In this document: positions 14,643 through 27,789 of the stretch, one piece after another
Layout: each line of letters opens with the position of its first letter
Position numbering within the stretch: the first letter of the stretch is position 1
Assembly (NCBI GenBank): GCA_023213395.1
Contig: CM041465.1
Location: 93,069,741 to 93,133,740 of the forward strand
Direction: 5' to 3'
DNA from: Cycas panzhihuaensis
Taxonomy: Eukaryota > Plantae > Cycadophyta
DNA length: 64,000 bases
The notes under the pieces: model-generated
What the model was told of the DNA's origin: nothing
The model's database searches: none
What the model saw: the letters and a program-made list of their open reading frames with translations, nothing else
Program-made: the position numbers and the translations under genes

Positions 14643-14765
14643 AATGCTCTTACATAACTCCTTCCCATTGAAGAAATCCTAGAGTAATTGCTGCACGTTG
14701 GGAATTCTAGTTGACCCACTGACCAGAACAACATCATGGATTGATCTCTTGTTCATCTTGGCCAT
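14643..14765 (-). pseudogene. HSP70: Captured fragment of cytosolic HSP70 (nucleotide-binding domain), antisense to the element
   Basis: Translates [40 protein letters not shown], matching plant cytosolic HSP70 [41 protein letters not shown]. Confidence 0.93.
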
Positions 14766-15933
14766 CTCCACCGAATACCATTTCCATCAAATGCAAGACA
14801 TGCTACGCCATTATCGCTGCCTCAACCTGAAGAACCAGACAAATAGATCCTCAGACATAGATGACACCAATGATTCAAAGCCTAGGTGGTGATGAAAGCC
14901 AGAGACTACCATTGATTTGAAGCTCATCACCTTACATACGATAATATGATGAAACCTTAAGTATTTTTATAGTTGATTCGAAGCTTGCCACCCTGCATAT
15001 AGTAATACGATGAAACCCTAAGTATTAGTGATAAAATTTGTTTGATATACATTGGGTGGATTTCATCCCAATATATATTTCCTTTTTGAAACTTTATAAA
15101 ATCTACCTTATTTGGATCATAAATCCGTTAGCCCCCCTTAACCCGCCAACCCCTTGGTCCTATTAGCCTCTAATATGATTATGACCCTATTATAAAAAGG
15201 GTTTAAATTTTAAATTTCCTTTTTTATTTTTTTGTTTTTAAAGAAAAATAGAGGTACTTGTGTTTTTTTCCCCATAACTTCCTCATACGGAGTTAAAATC
15301 CTATTCCAGAAGAAACATTGGATTCTTAACTCAGATGTAGACATTTTGACTAGTCTTTCAATTTTTTTGGGTGCAATTTTGATCAGTAAATTCTTGCTCA
15401 AAGTCAAGTCTTTTATTTTTGACCTGGTAAGTTTAGGTACGTACCTCCAACCCATAATTTGCTTCACATTCTTTTAATATTATTACTTTAATTTAATGTA
15501 CAATTAATTATTTTTTAAATTTATCAAGTAACTACATTATTTTATCATGTATTTTAATAAATTCATGAAGTTTATTGAATCATTATTCCACTATTTTTTC
15601 TTATACAAATGATGTTATAAACATGCAAATACTTAAATGTTTCATTTAATTTACGATTTATTTTAAGTCACTAATATACAACTATCATATGCTTCATTAT
15701 TTTTTGTAAATATTTGATTAAAAATCTTATATTTCTTGATTAATGGTTATTAAAATTTTAATGTTAATGAAACTATTTGCTATCAATGGTAAATTTACTT
15801 AAGTTTACTCTTTAATATTTAGTGGTTATTAATGAGTTTATTATTGTGACCTATTTAACTTATTAATTCACCTATAATCAAATTTATCATAACCTCTTTC
15901 AAGAGGATCTCTAATCATCAATTTGTTCTAAAT

Positions 15934-18900
15934 ATGGAACTCATACTAAGAACAGCCACCTATATACCAATTCTAGTTTTAAATGACTCAAATTATGCCA
16001 ATTGGAAAAATTAAATATCCCATTAGCTTAAACAACAAAAGATATGGCGATATACTACAGGTGAATTCGTAAAACCAAAAGATGAAAAATTAGAAAGCTA
16101 TATGGTCTATTTAATAAATTATGATGGAGCCCTATGCACCATCCTATCGTCTCTTTCACTAGACATTAGTCAGCAGTTCTCTGATTCAAACGATCTTGCC
16201 ACTGTTTGGAATACACTCAAGGAAAAGTATGACAAGGTAGACTCTCAATAATTAGTTGTCCTAGAATAAAAATTGCATGATCTCAATTATGATAACTTTT
16301 CTAAAGTTGAAGATTTCTTATCAAAATTTTAACTTATCAACAAAGAACTAGGAAATTATATTAAATCTTCAGTAAAAGTAGGTGATAAAGAAGAAAAAGT
16401 CACACATGTCAAAGATAGTGATACACTTATCTGTCTAGTAATAAACAAACTACTGAAGTATTTTAATCTCTTCAAGATTGTTAGACAGCAAGCTGGTAAT
16501 CCACCAGTAACCTTTAATCAATTAACAAATCAACTGATAGAATGCCAAATAATGTTGATTCAAAATAGAAAATTAAAAGATCCTTCTCAAGCTTTCTTTT
16601 TAAAATCAAAGCCACAAAATAAAACTAAACATAAAAATAATTATAATAGTAATCTTAAGTTTTAAAAACCTCATAGAGATCCACCAACTATTTCTCAAAA
16701 TAATACTAAGTATTCTGGACCACCAAAATACTAAAATACCTCTAAATAGTCTATTCCAAAATGGAATACTATAAATCCTTCACAGAACATTAATTGTGCT
16801 TATTTCCATAAAAAGAAACACACTATTAATGTCTGTAGAAATAAAATAGCTTCAGAAGCTTGGAAAGCTTCTAAGGGAATTCAATCCTGATCCCAATCTC
16901 ATAATCATTCTTTAACTGCTACAACATCTACTTTCGTTGCTCCATCTAGTCTATCACCGTAATGGATTCTTGATTTTGGTGCTTCCCATCATATGATAGG
17001 ACACCGAGAGTATTTAACCACTCATCAATCTTATTCTAACTCTGAAGAAGAAATTTCTTTTAGAAGTGGATCTCAACTCAAAGTAAAAGGATCAAGTGAT
17101 GTCACTCTAATAGATGGTTCAATCAAGGACGTATTCTATGTTCCTAGCTTATTACTAAATCTTCTTTCTATTTATCAAATCTACTAAAAAGACCTTGTTG
17201 TTGAATTTTAGAAAGATAACTTTATTATTAAAGAGCCTTTAAATAAATTCAAATTTATTACCTCTAGACCTGTTGATCATAAAACATGTCTCTATAACCT
17301 AACTAGTTTACAACATATTAAAATAAATTCTTTTAGTACCTTTATAACTAAATTTAACCTAGTTAGTAAATTATGGCATGCACAGTTTGGCCATACCAGC
17401 TATGGAAAACTTCACTATCTAAAAATACATGATATAGTTCATAATCTTCCCCCCTAATTATTGTTTATGGTATTTGCAAAGCCTACGTAACAAGTAAGCA
17501 ACACATGGATCCCTTTCCACATCAAACTTAATTTAGAGCAAAAGTTCCACTTGAACTTGTTCACTCTGATATATGTGGACTATTCCCAAGTATTTTCATA
17601 CTCTGGAAGTCATTATTTCATCATCTTCATTGATGATTTTTCAAGAAAATATTAGGTGTACACACTCAAAATTAGAAATCAAGTGTTTAACATCTTTGTT
17701 AAATTCAAGACACTTGTTAAAAATCAATCTAACTCAAAAATCAAGATCTTTAGATCAAACAATGCTAAAGAATACTCAAGTAGCAAGTTTACTTCTTTTT
17801 GCAAAACATATAGAATTTAATTTCAATATTCTGTTGCCTATACTCCTCAATAAAATGGTGTTGCTGAATGCAAAAGACATACTCTTATTGAAATGACATG
17901 ATGCATGCTACATGTAAAGAGTCTTGATCTAAAGTTATAGGCAGAAGTAATTCCTTGCTCTAACTATCTCCTAAATCAGTTACCTAGTAAGTCTTTACAT
18001 AATGTTACTCTAGAACAAAAATAGTCTGGTCGTAAACCTTTAGTTAAACATCTTAGAATCTTTGGAAGTATTGTGTGGGGACATGTTCCTAAATAAAAAC
18101 ATAAGAAACTATATCCTAAAAGTTTAAAATACATCTTCATTAGCTACAACGAAGAAAGCAAAGCCTATAGACTTCTAGATCTAATTACATATAAGATCTC
18201 AATCTTACATGATGTAATATTTGATAAAGAAGGATCCACATCAAATTCTACTCATGTAGAACTTCCCATTAAAAATTTGTTAATCAATACTTATTTGGTT
18301 GACCCTTCAAAAAAATAAAATGGCTCTAAGATGATAGAGTCCTTAGTCAAGAATTGGACTCTATCTGAACCAACTATTATAAATCTTTTTTCTAGCCTAT
18401 TTCTTCATGTTAACCAATTACTCTAGAAACTTCAATAAACAAACAGCCTATATAGGTAAAGAAAACTCTCTATGATGCTGGATCTAATGTAGGTAATCCT
18501 TCAGATACTAGGAAAACATGTTCTTAAAAACTACAAACTAGTTATGTACTAATGGCCAAAATAATAGCCAGTGATGATCCTAAAACATTTAAACAAACTA
18601 GTAATAATCCCATGTGGCAGTAAGCCATGCAAGTTAAAATAGATACTTTAAAAAAGAATTCAACTTGGGATCTTGTTACTCTACCGCTAGGAAAGAATCT
18701 AGTTAACTATAAATGTGTATATCAAACTAAGTTTAATTCAAAAGGAGCTATTGAAAAATATAAAGCTCACTTAGTTGTAAAAGGTTTCTCACAAATTGAT
18801 GGTATCAATTATAATAAAACATTTTTCCATATCATTAGAATGAATACTATCAAAACTGTTATCGCTCTAACAACCAAATTTAGTTGGGAAATCCATCAAA

Positions 18901-20115
18901 TGGATGTTAAGAGTGCTTTTTAAAATGGTGATCTCAAAGAAGAAATGTATATGACTCAACCTCCTGCCTTTGTTGATAATCCTAATTTGGTTTTCAAGTT
19001 AAAAAAAATAATCTACAAGTTGAAACAAGCTCCTCAAGCTTGGTACACAAAAGTAGATGAATATCTTACTTAAAATGGATACACTAGATGTATTAGTGAT
19101 TATAATCTTTACTTTAAATGTGAAAATAATAGCATTACTATATTGATTCTATATGTTGATGATATCATCATCACACGAACCTCTACCATCAATATTCATC
19201 AACTAAAATTGACCTTGATGAATAAATTTTAAATGATAGATTTATGTCTTTTACATTATTTCTTTGGATTACAAATTTATCAAACTAATTAAAAAATAAT
19301 AATATTCCAACCTAAATATATCTTAGACTTAATCAAAAGGTTTAATATGGAAAATACTAAACTTGTACCTAATCCCTTATAATCAAGAGTTAAGTTATCT
19401 ACAGATTGTTCTACACCACTTTGCGATTCAACATTATATAGGCAACTCATTGGAAGCCTAATTTAGTTAACACATACTCAACTAGATATCTCCTATGCCA
19501 TTGCTCTATGTTCTAGATATATGCAAAAACCACATGAGTCACATTAGAAAGTCACCAAACAAATTCTCATATATCTTCAAGGTACTATTTTTTATGGCTT
19601 AGCTTATACTTTTTGCAATAATACTCTAAAATTAATAGGATATACTGATTTAGACTGGGTAGGAGACTTTAATGATCGAAAATTAACAATAGGTTATGTT
19701 TTTTTCTTAAATTCCTCACCTATTACTTAGTCCAATAAAAAGATGTAGGCTCTAGCACTATCCTCATTAGAAGCTGAATATTGAGTGCTTGCTGAAGCTA
19801 GTAAAGAAGCATTATGGATCAAATCTCTTTTAAGTGAACTTGATCTATTTCCTAACTCTTCTATTGAACTTAAAGTTGATAATCAATGTGCTATTACTAT
19901 TGTTACTAATGCTGTTACTCATTCAAGAACTAAGCATATAGAATTACATCAACATTTTATACATAATCTTATTACTGATGATATTATTAATTTATCTTAT
20001 TATCCTACAGATCTATAGGTTGCTGACATTCTTATCAAATCATTGACATAAGTGAAGTTTTTAAAACTACGAGATTTATTTAAGATAAAACAAGTCTCCA
20101 TCAAAGGGGGATTAA
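15934..20115 (+). pseudogene. Copia gag-pol, disrupted
   Basis: PR WILDFGASHHM; IN LELVHSDICG and FIDDFSRKY; RT WEIHQMDVKSAF and LYVDDIII; RH HSRTKHIELHQHFI. Confidence 0.95.
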
Positions 20116-20173
20116 TATGATGAAGACCTTTTTGTATCTTCTATATTGTACAAAAGCTAACATTAAAGGGGGA

Positions 20174-20615
20174 TGTTAGGAATATTAATGTTACCTTTTT
20201 ATCACATGTTTTAAGTATATATTTAAGTTTCTAAAGTCTATTTTATAAAGTTTATATTTAATAATTGTTCATTATATAAGTTCATTAAAATGAGCAACTG
20301 CCCATTCTAATGAACCTCTTACTTATTAAAAAAGATCCTCCTAGAATCTAGGAGGTGGTCTAGAGTCTGTCTAGAGGCTGTCTAAATGAGGTTGGTCTAA
20401 AGGTCTAGTATGAAGGAGGTTTATTTAGTCTAGTCAAGTTCTTATGTTTTGTATTTATCTTCACATCTAATAGATTAATTTTAGAGGTGGCTTTTCTTCC
20501 CTAGAAGGGGTTTTCCACCTGCCAAATCATGTGTATATGTGCAATGTTTATTTGTTGTTGTTTTGTGCTTTAAATTTGATCTTGTTGATATTGCATATGA
20601 TACCTCTTCTCAACA
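20174..20615 (+). repeat. 3' LTR of the nested copia
   Basis: TG...CA after the PPT, followed by TSD TACTT. Confidence 0.95.
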
Positions 20616-20620
20616 TACTT

Positions 20621-21120
20621 AAACAAAACCTTGTATTAGCCCAAAATCATATGAAATAACTTATTGACCACTGCCATTGTAATTGATCTTTCTTCGTGGG
20701 TGATTTAATTTTTCTTCACCTTAAACCATATAAGTAGTAGTCCCTAAAACACCATAAAATATAAAAGCTTAGTCCATAATATTATGACCTGTATAAAGTA
20801 CTTCAATGGATTAGTGAAGTTACCTATGTACTTACATATTTCTACAACACAAAAGTCTATAATATATTTCATGTTTATTGCCTTTATAAGAGCATCAACA
20901 AAGGCATTTCTCGTTATACTATCTTAACAGTTCTCAATGATGAGTAAGGTCTCACTATTTTGCCTAACCATACTTTATCCAACTAATAATACCACCTTTA
21001 AAATAGGACCATTTTTAAGTACTTAGTATAGTGGGTTAGTTGTGAATTAGAGGAAGTAAAATGGGAGTCAACCAATTTTATTAAGTAATAACCTCATCTT
21101 CTTAGCTTTAAGAACTCAAT
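20621..21120 (+). pseudogene. Gypsy integrase C-terminus and chromodomain
   Basis: VGDLIFLHLKPY; KLSP*YYDLYKVL (GPY/F-like); KYLV*WVSCELEEVKWES (chromodomain YLVxW...EATWE). Confidence 0.85.
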
Positions 21121-21138
21121 ATCTTAGGGAAAAGGACA

Positions 21139-21556
21139 TGTTATATGACTATATATTATTAAGTAGAATTGATTAGCTAGCACATATGATAAAAGATCTT
21201 AGTGGTTAGTGTTAGCAATTAACCTTTGTTTGTAGGCCATTTATGTCTACCAATAGAATTATGGGTCATTTATCCCAACAATAATATTCTATGTAAGTTG
21301 GCCTATCTTATTTATTTCAAGGCCAACCTTTTGTAAAGTGAGGGTATTATGTATTATCTTTTCTTGAGAGATTGTACTTTAATATATTTTAGTCTATATT
21401 AGTGATCTTTGGTACTGTTATGTAATCCTCTTTTATGTAATTAGTCTTTATTTTTTATAATAAAATTATTTTATTTATTATTTTAATGTTAATATTATAC
21501 CTTTGAGCTTGTATATATTTTAATATGAGGAAAAACATCAAGATAATCACCTCTCA
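21139..21556 (+). repeat. 3' LTR of the chromovirus
   Basis: TG...CA after the PPT, followed by TSD ACTTT. Confidence 0.9.
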
Positions 21557-21705
21557 ACTTTTATGCCTATCATGGTTATTGTGATTCTAAACTATTTTCT
21601 AATTTAGTTTTTTAGCCACACATAGTGAGGTTATAGGATCTCTAGTTCCTACAAAGGTTAACTTTTTATTCTTTTTAAGTTAGTCTTTAATTAGGCTATC
21701 CAATA

Positions 21706-22003
21706 TTAGGTTTAGACCTAATGTATTCCCCTTTAGTGACTTTGGTTCTATATTTTGAGTAGTCTAAAGTAGAGATATATATGTTATACTTTATCCTTTA
21801 TGATCAATGAAATATGCATACTTTTCTCTTATTGAAAGGAACAAAAAATAAGAGTTAGGTTTAGACCTAATGTATTCCCTTTTTGTGACTTTGATTCTAT
21901 ATTTTGAGTAGGCTATAGTATAGATATATATGTTATACTTTATCCTTTGTGATAAATGAAATATGCATACTTTTCTCTTATTGAAATGAACAAAAAAGAA
22001 GAG
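21706..22003. repeat. 149-bp tandem duplication
   Basis: TTAGGTTTAGACCTAATGTATTCCC...GAACAAAAAA.AAGAG at 21706 and 21855. Confidence 0.9.
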
Positions 22004-23588
22004 TTTCCTTATAAGATGTATCTTAGATAATTTTAGACATCTTAAATCAAGCTTTTGGAGCTAGTCCATCTTGAAGGAGACAAAGCTTAATCTTATGTCT
22101 TCAAAATATTCTTATTATTGAGGTATTTAACATATTAGATGTGTTCTTATTTGATATTTATTATCATTGGCATCATCATATGAATGATTCACTATCTCAT
22201 ATAAATGGTTTTATTCTTTTTATTTAAATATTCTACATGATTAAAGATATTTTTAACTATATTTCATATCTTATATAAAAACCCTCATCTATGTTTGTTG
22301 TGAGTAATATCATAGTGTGATATGTACAAATTAGGATTTAGATAAAAGACTATCATTTTGGAGGCTCTATAATATATAGCCTTATATTTCATCCTTTCTT
22401 AGAAGTGTTTTGGCTTGAAGCATTCAAAAATCATGTATCATGCTATGCATTTTTAACAGAAAGTAATCAACTTGATTTTTAATTTTAACCAATTAAAAAA
22501 ATAATTATGTATTATTAAAATTATGTTGCCCCAAATTTAGGAATTTATGATAAATACTATAGGCATTTAAATGGCCTTATGTTTTTCTTGTTTGAAGAAT
22601 CTCTAAGTAGATTTTCTAACTAAAAAAACCACATTAAATTTGAATATATATAAAGAAGGTTAGCACAATCTTTGTAGAATGTATTACTATCATATGAAAT
22701 TCTATGTATTATTATCAACTTCTAGAGGTTATTACACAGGATGTAAAACTCCAAAGTTCATCAATGAAATTCATTAGAAGTGTCTTTCAATGTTATTTCC
22801 AATGAAAAAAATAGCACCTAATTTAGAAGGTTAGAAGAAAAATTATGTCACTTTTGGTGAGAAAATATCATTTCCTATCACCCCCTACCCAAATACATAA
22901 ATAAAAATTCTATAATTTATGTGAAAGTTCCTTCTAAATATCTATGAGGATTTATATGTTTCATATTTTTAAGGGACATGTGAAAAAGTGGAATTATATT
23001 TAGAATAAATAAATCATCCATAATTTTATAAAGATAGTTGAGAGGTTATTAACCCTAAAAAATGGATTAAATGATGAAAAGAATTTCTTTTAATGCTCTA
23101 ATTATTGGAGAAATATTTGAAAAGAAATGTAATTATCTAGTGGATCAATTTGTCACTCAATATCTTCCTTAACTAGAAAACACTACAAATTATTAGAAAT
23201 ATTAAATAGTCAAATGATGTTTATAATCATAACACTCATATTTAGTGAGTTAGTTGTATGATTATTTATCATTCTACATCATTATTTGTACAAAGCATAG
23301 ATGATGATGATTTTTTTAAATAAAAGGTAAATTAATTCTACTTAATTAATTATGTTTTCTCTTTATACATTTGATTTCAACATGTATTTAAAGCACTACA
23401 CTTGATCCTTGGAGATTTTTTTTTTTTTGGTAAGGTAAAAAATAATTAAGTGTGGGTTTGAAAATAGGCTCCCACAACCTAGTACATCAATAGCAGATTA
23501 GCATCCAAGCCAATATAAACCATGATAACCCCCACAGTCTGAGGATGAATCCTTAAAGAAAAAAATAAATCCAGTACAAGCCCCATGG

Positions 23589-26500
23589 CTAGTTGTCATA
23601 GAGCCTCTCAGACTTAACTAGTCTCATAAACTCCTCAAGTAGATCCTGCCTCCATATAAAAGATTTCATATTTTTGAGCCCCCAGTTTGCCAGAAGATTA
23701 ATCTCCTTATTACCTTCCCTGAAGTTGTGTTAGAGTTGCACTCCTGTAAAGTCCTTAAGAGCATCCTAAGCATCCTCAATCATCGATTAAAATCTCTAGT
23801 CTATAGCTGCAGTGTTTCTTAGCTAATTTATTACATTCTGGGAGTCACCCTTTATAATAACCTTAGAAAGGCCCCCTTCCAGGGCCATGTTCACATCTTT
23901 AAGCATGGATGCTATATCGGTGAAATGGTTCATTTGTTGACCATAGTATTTTGTAAAGGCCCAAATGAAGCTACCCTTGGTATCTCTGCAAATGCCTCCA
24001 TCTCCCGCTTCCCCAGGGTTGCCTTTTGAAGCTCCCTCAAAGTTTATTTTGAGATAGTGATCCTTTGGGGGTATCCAATGACATGTTCTGGGAATCCTAT
24101 CCTCGATATTATGCTTTATGCCTAACTTGTGAAGAATCTTACCTTCAGAAGGCCCCAAACTCTTCCCTTCAGGAATTTTGATATTTTCCTTTAACTCAGT
24201 GTATATAACATTAAAAATAGACTTCGGATCCATATGTTTATCTCAGAAAATCCTTCAGTTTCTTTCTTTCCATATGTTCTAGGACAACGTTAGGAGCAAA
24301 TTTTTCTAAACACTGCCCAAGACTTTACTCTAAAATGGGCTATGCTATACTTGCCATTGATCTGCAATACTCCTAGAGTGAACCCACTTCATCTTGAAAA
24401 ACTCCATCAAAATTATCCAAACCTCTCCAACGTAAGAGCACCGAAGGAAAATATGATCTACTGATTCTTCCTCAGAGTAGCACATGATACACCTATTAGT
24501 CAGCTGATAACCCCTCCTCATAAGATTGTCCACCGTTAAGATTCTATTTCTGACACAAGTCAACCAAAAGACTATAATTTTAGGGATAAGATTCAGTTTC
24601 CAAACACCTTTCAAGAGATCATTCCTTTGAGCCCCTCTTTCGAGATAGAGATGAAGGTAACCTTGTTTCATAGAGTTTTCCCTATTTTGTGAGGAGGACT
24701 AGACTACTGAGTCTGCTTTATTCATTTTAGGAATATAACATTTGCTAAGGGTCCCTTTAAGTTTGGTGATGCCTTCCATAGAGAGAGGCCACCCTTGGAG
24801 TTCCTCAAAGTTCCTCCATCTCTTATTTATGCCCCTCCCCAATCAAGTAATCATTTATATAGATACCATAAATACTCTCACAGTGAGATTAGAGGGAAGC
24901 AAGATCGAGACAATCCTTTAGTCTTGTTGTGCTACACCAAACATCCTCCCAGAATTTTATAGAATTCCCATCACCCAAATTCCACTTTAAACCAGCTTTC
25001 ACTAGTAGCCTGGTGTTAAGAATACTCCTCCATATAGTGGAGCCAGATGTGGAGATAAAATTCTCTATGAGGGAAGTACCCTGAAGGTACTTTTGAGATA
25101 TAATTCTTTCCCATAAACCCCTATAGCCCTTAACTAGTCTCTACCAAAGCTTAGCAATAAGGGCTGGATTAAATATGTGTGTTCTTCTTAAATTCAAACC
25201 CCTGGCCCATTTCGACATGCAAACCTTATCCCAATTTACCAAGTGAATTCTTTCCCTCTCTTCTACTCTAGACCAAAGGAATCTTTTCTAGATGGATTCT
25301 AAAATAGTAGAGACCTCTGTTAGAATTTTAAAGATAGACATCCAATAGTATGGGATGCTTTATAGCAAGGAGGTAACAAGCTAGAGTTTTCCAGCTTGAC
25401 TAATAAGTGCACCTTTCCAACCAGCCAACTTCCTTTGAAGCTGGTCAATAAGAGGGTTCCACAGGTCCTTAGACATCTTGCCCACAAAGAGGGGCATACC
25501 AAGATATATAGTAAGCAATTTCTTTATGCCCATTTCCAAAATATCATTGATTCATCTTTGTATAGATCTGGTGGTATTTATGAAGTAGACACTACTTTTC
25601 CTCAAGTTAACCTTTTGGTTCGTTCCTAGTTCATATCTTCTTAGTTTGTCCTTTATCCTAAGGTCCTCTCTAATGGCATCTTTCCCCAGGAATATGTTAT
25701 CATCAACAAATTGGTGATGAACTATGTTATCCAACCCTAAGGTTGGGTGCAGACCTTTAACAAAACCTTGACTTTTAATAGCCTCCATGGACCTACCTAG
25801 CAGCTTAGCTAAGGTTATAAAGAGATAAAGAGATAGGGGGTCCCCGTGCTTCAAGCCCCTATAGTCTAAAAAGAACCTAGATGAAGAACCATTAACAATG
25901 ACCAAGTATTGAGGATTTGTGATATATAGTTTCATCCATGTCCTCCACTTCTCCCCAAACCCAAAAGCATCCAAGCACTCCATTAGGCAACTCAAGGAAA
26001 CTCTGTCAAAAGCCTTCAAAAGATAAATTTTAATGAGCATAGTAGGCTCCTTCCTCTCCTTAGCTGAGTGCAGGGCTTCGTGTACCATAATAATGCCATA
26101 TATGATCTGTCTTCCTCGTATGAAGCCATCTTGGCTTTGAGATATTATATTGAGGATGCTCCCTTTAAATCTATTAGCAAGCACTTTAGCTAGTATCTTA
26201 TACTTCATATTATAAAGGCTAATGGGGTGAAAGTCCTCAATTCTCTTGGCAACTTCCACTTTTGGAATAAGGACCAAGAAGATAGTTTGCCATTCTTGGA
26301 GGATCTTTTGATTCAAGTAGAACTCATGCAAAGCTTCCATAAGATCTTCCTTTATTATATCCCAGAATTCCTAAAAGAAACTTGGGGGAAAGCCATCTGG
26401 GCTAGGGGCTTTATCCTTCTTCATACTAAACACCACCTTCTTAACTTCCTCCTGGGTGAAGGGGGCAGTCAAAGAAGAATTTTGGGCCTCGTTGACTAAA

Positions 26501-27786
26501 CGAGGAATGGACCATAAGAGTATCTCCTCGGCCTCCTTATCCTCGCCCTGTGGTTCAGAGAAGAGAACCTTGAAGTAGTTAGTTGCCAAATCCTTAATGT
26601 CTTTTGTACCCTCTACAATCAAGCCATCCTCTCTTTGAAGCCCATTAATTCTATTGCTAGCTTTGTGCTTAACAACAGTCATGTGAAAGAATATGGTATT
26701 CCTATCTCCTTCAATAAGCTAGATGGTTCTAGATTTTTGCCTCTAATGAATTTCTTCTCTAATCAGTAGTTCTTCTAAGTTTTTGACTAACTTCCTTTCT
26801 GCTTTATCTAGGGTCAAGGATCTACCCTTAACCTGGATCCTGTTCTCTGTTTCATTTAGGTCTTTGATAGTTTGGTCCTTCAGGATGTGGATGTTTTGGA
26901 AAATTTCTTTGTTCTAAACTCTTACTTACCCTTTTACCCAATCAAGTTTTTTTTAGAATCTAAACATGGCATGCCCCTAGACTGGGACATTCCACCAATC
27001 CTCCACCTTTTGACTAAGGTCTGGATCTTTGATCCACATCATTTCAAATATGAAGGGAGAGCCTTTATGTTTTCCCATATCAAAAAATAGGATCTGAAGT
27101 GGAGAGTGGTCATATATGATTTTGGGGAGAGCTTCAAGGGTAAAATCCTTGAAGCATCTAGCCCAATCATAGTTTACCATGACTCTGTCTATTTTGATCT
27201 GAATGAGTTGGCTCCCCAATCTTTTGTTTGACCAAGTAAAGGAGGCCCCTCTCAGCTTCACATCCGTAAGACCCCCCCCTCTGTGTGAAGCAACTGAGGT
27301 CATGCATGCTAGTCATCCATCCTTCTTGGCCCCCTTTCTTATCCCCCGAGCAAAGAGCTGTGTTAAAGTCTCCCGCAATCAGCCACAGAGATCCACAATC
27401 GCTGTGAACCTCCAGAATCCTATCCCAAAGCCTCTTCCTATCCTCTTGCTGTTTGGGGTATAGACGTTCGTGGCTAGCCATTTTAGGTTGTTCCTTCTAC
27501 TGGTCAACCAAACAGATATGAAGGATTCCTCCTCTACGAAGGTGTCCCCAAACCATTCATTAGGGTTCCACATCACCATAAGACTGCCTGTGCCATGAAT
27601 GTTGTCAACAACTTTACCTTCCACTTTTTTCCAGATTTTAAACATAATGCTTTGACTATTATCTAAATTTAGTTTTGTTTCCTATAAGAAGAAAAGATCT
27701 AGAAGTTACCTTCTTCTTAAGTCTCTTAGAATCCTTTATTTAGAGGGGCCATTTAAACCCCTAACATTCCACAAGATTAATTTCAT
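23589..27786 (-). pseudogene. L1 ORF2: AP endonuclease, RT, zf-RVT, RNase H; disrupted
   Basis: EN MKLILWNVRGLNGP, WLIAGDFN, YDHSPL; RT KAPSPDGFP, KAFDRV, GLKHGDPLS, HQFVDD; RCIMCYSEEESVDHIFLRC; RH KINFEGASKGNPG. Confidence 0.95.
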
Positions 27787-27789
27787 CTC

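Larger units (their letters stand above)
13554..20615 (+). mobile_element. Full-length decayed Ty1/copia nested in the gypsy integrase
   Basis: LTRs 13554-13991 and 20174-20615; perfect PBS TGGTATCAGAGC at 13992; PPT AAAGGGGGA before 20174; TSD CACTT/TACTT; the host frame rejoins as DQILHAL|KQNLVLAQNHMK. Confidence 0.96.
7709..21556 (+). mobile_element. Full-length decayed chromovirus-type Ty3/gypsy element, interrupted by a nested copia
   Basis: Paired 418-bp LTRs (7709-8126, 21139-21556); PBS TGGTATCAAAG at 8129; PPT AGGGAAAAGGACA before 21139; TSD ATTTT/ACTTT; domain order gag-PR-RT-RH-IN-chromodomain. Confidence 0.93.

Noticed and set aside
14698-14892. Plus-strand 64-aa ORF ([18 protein letters not shown]...)
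   Set aside because: Its first part is the antisense shadow frame of the HSP70 fragment, not an independent gene
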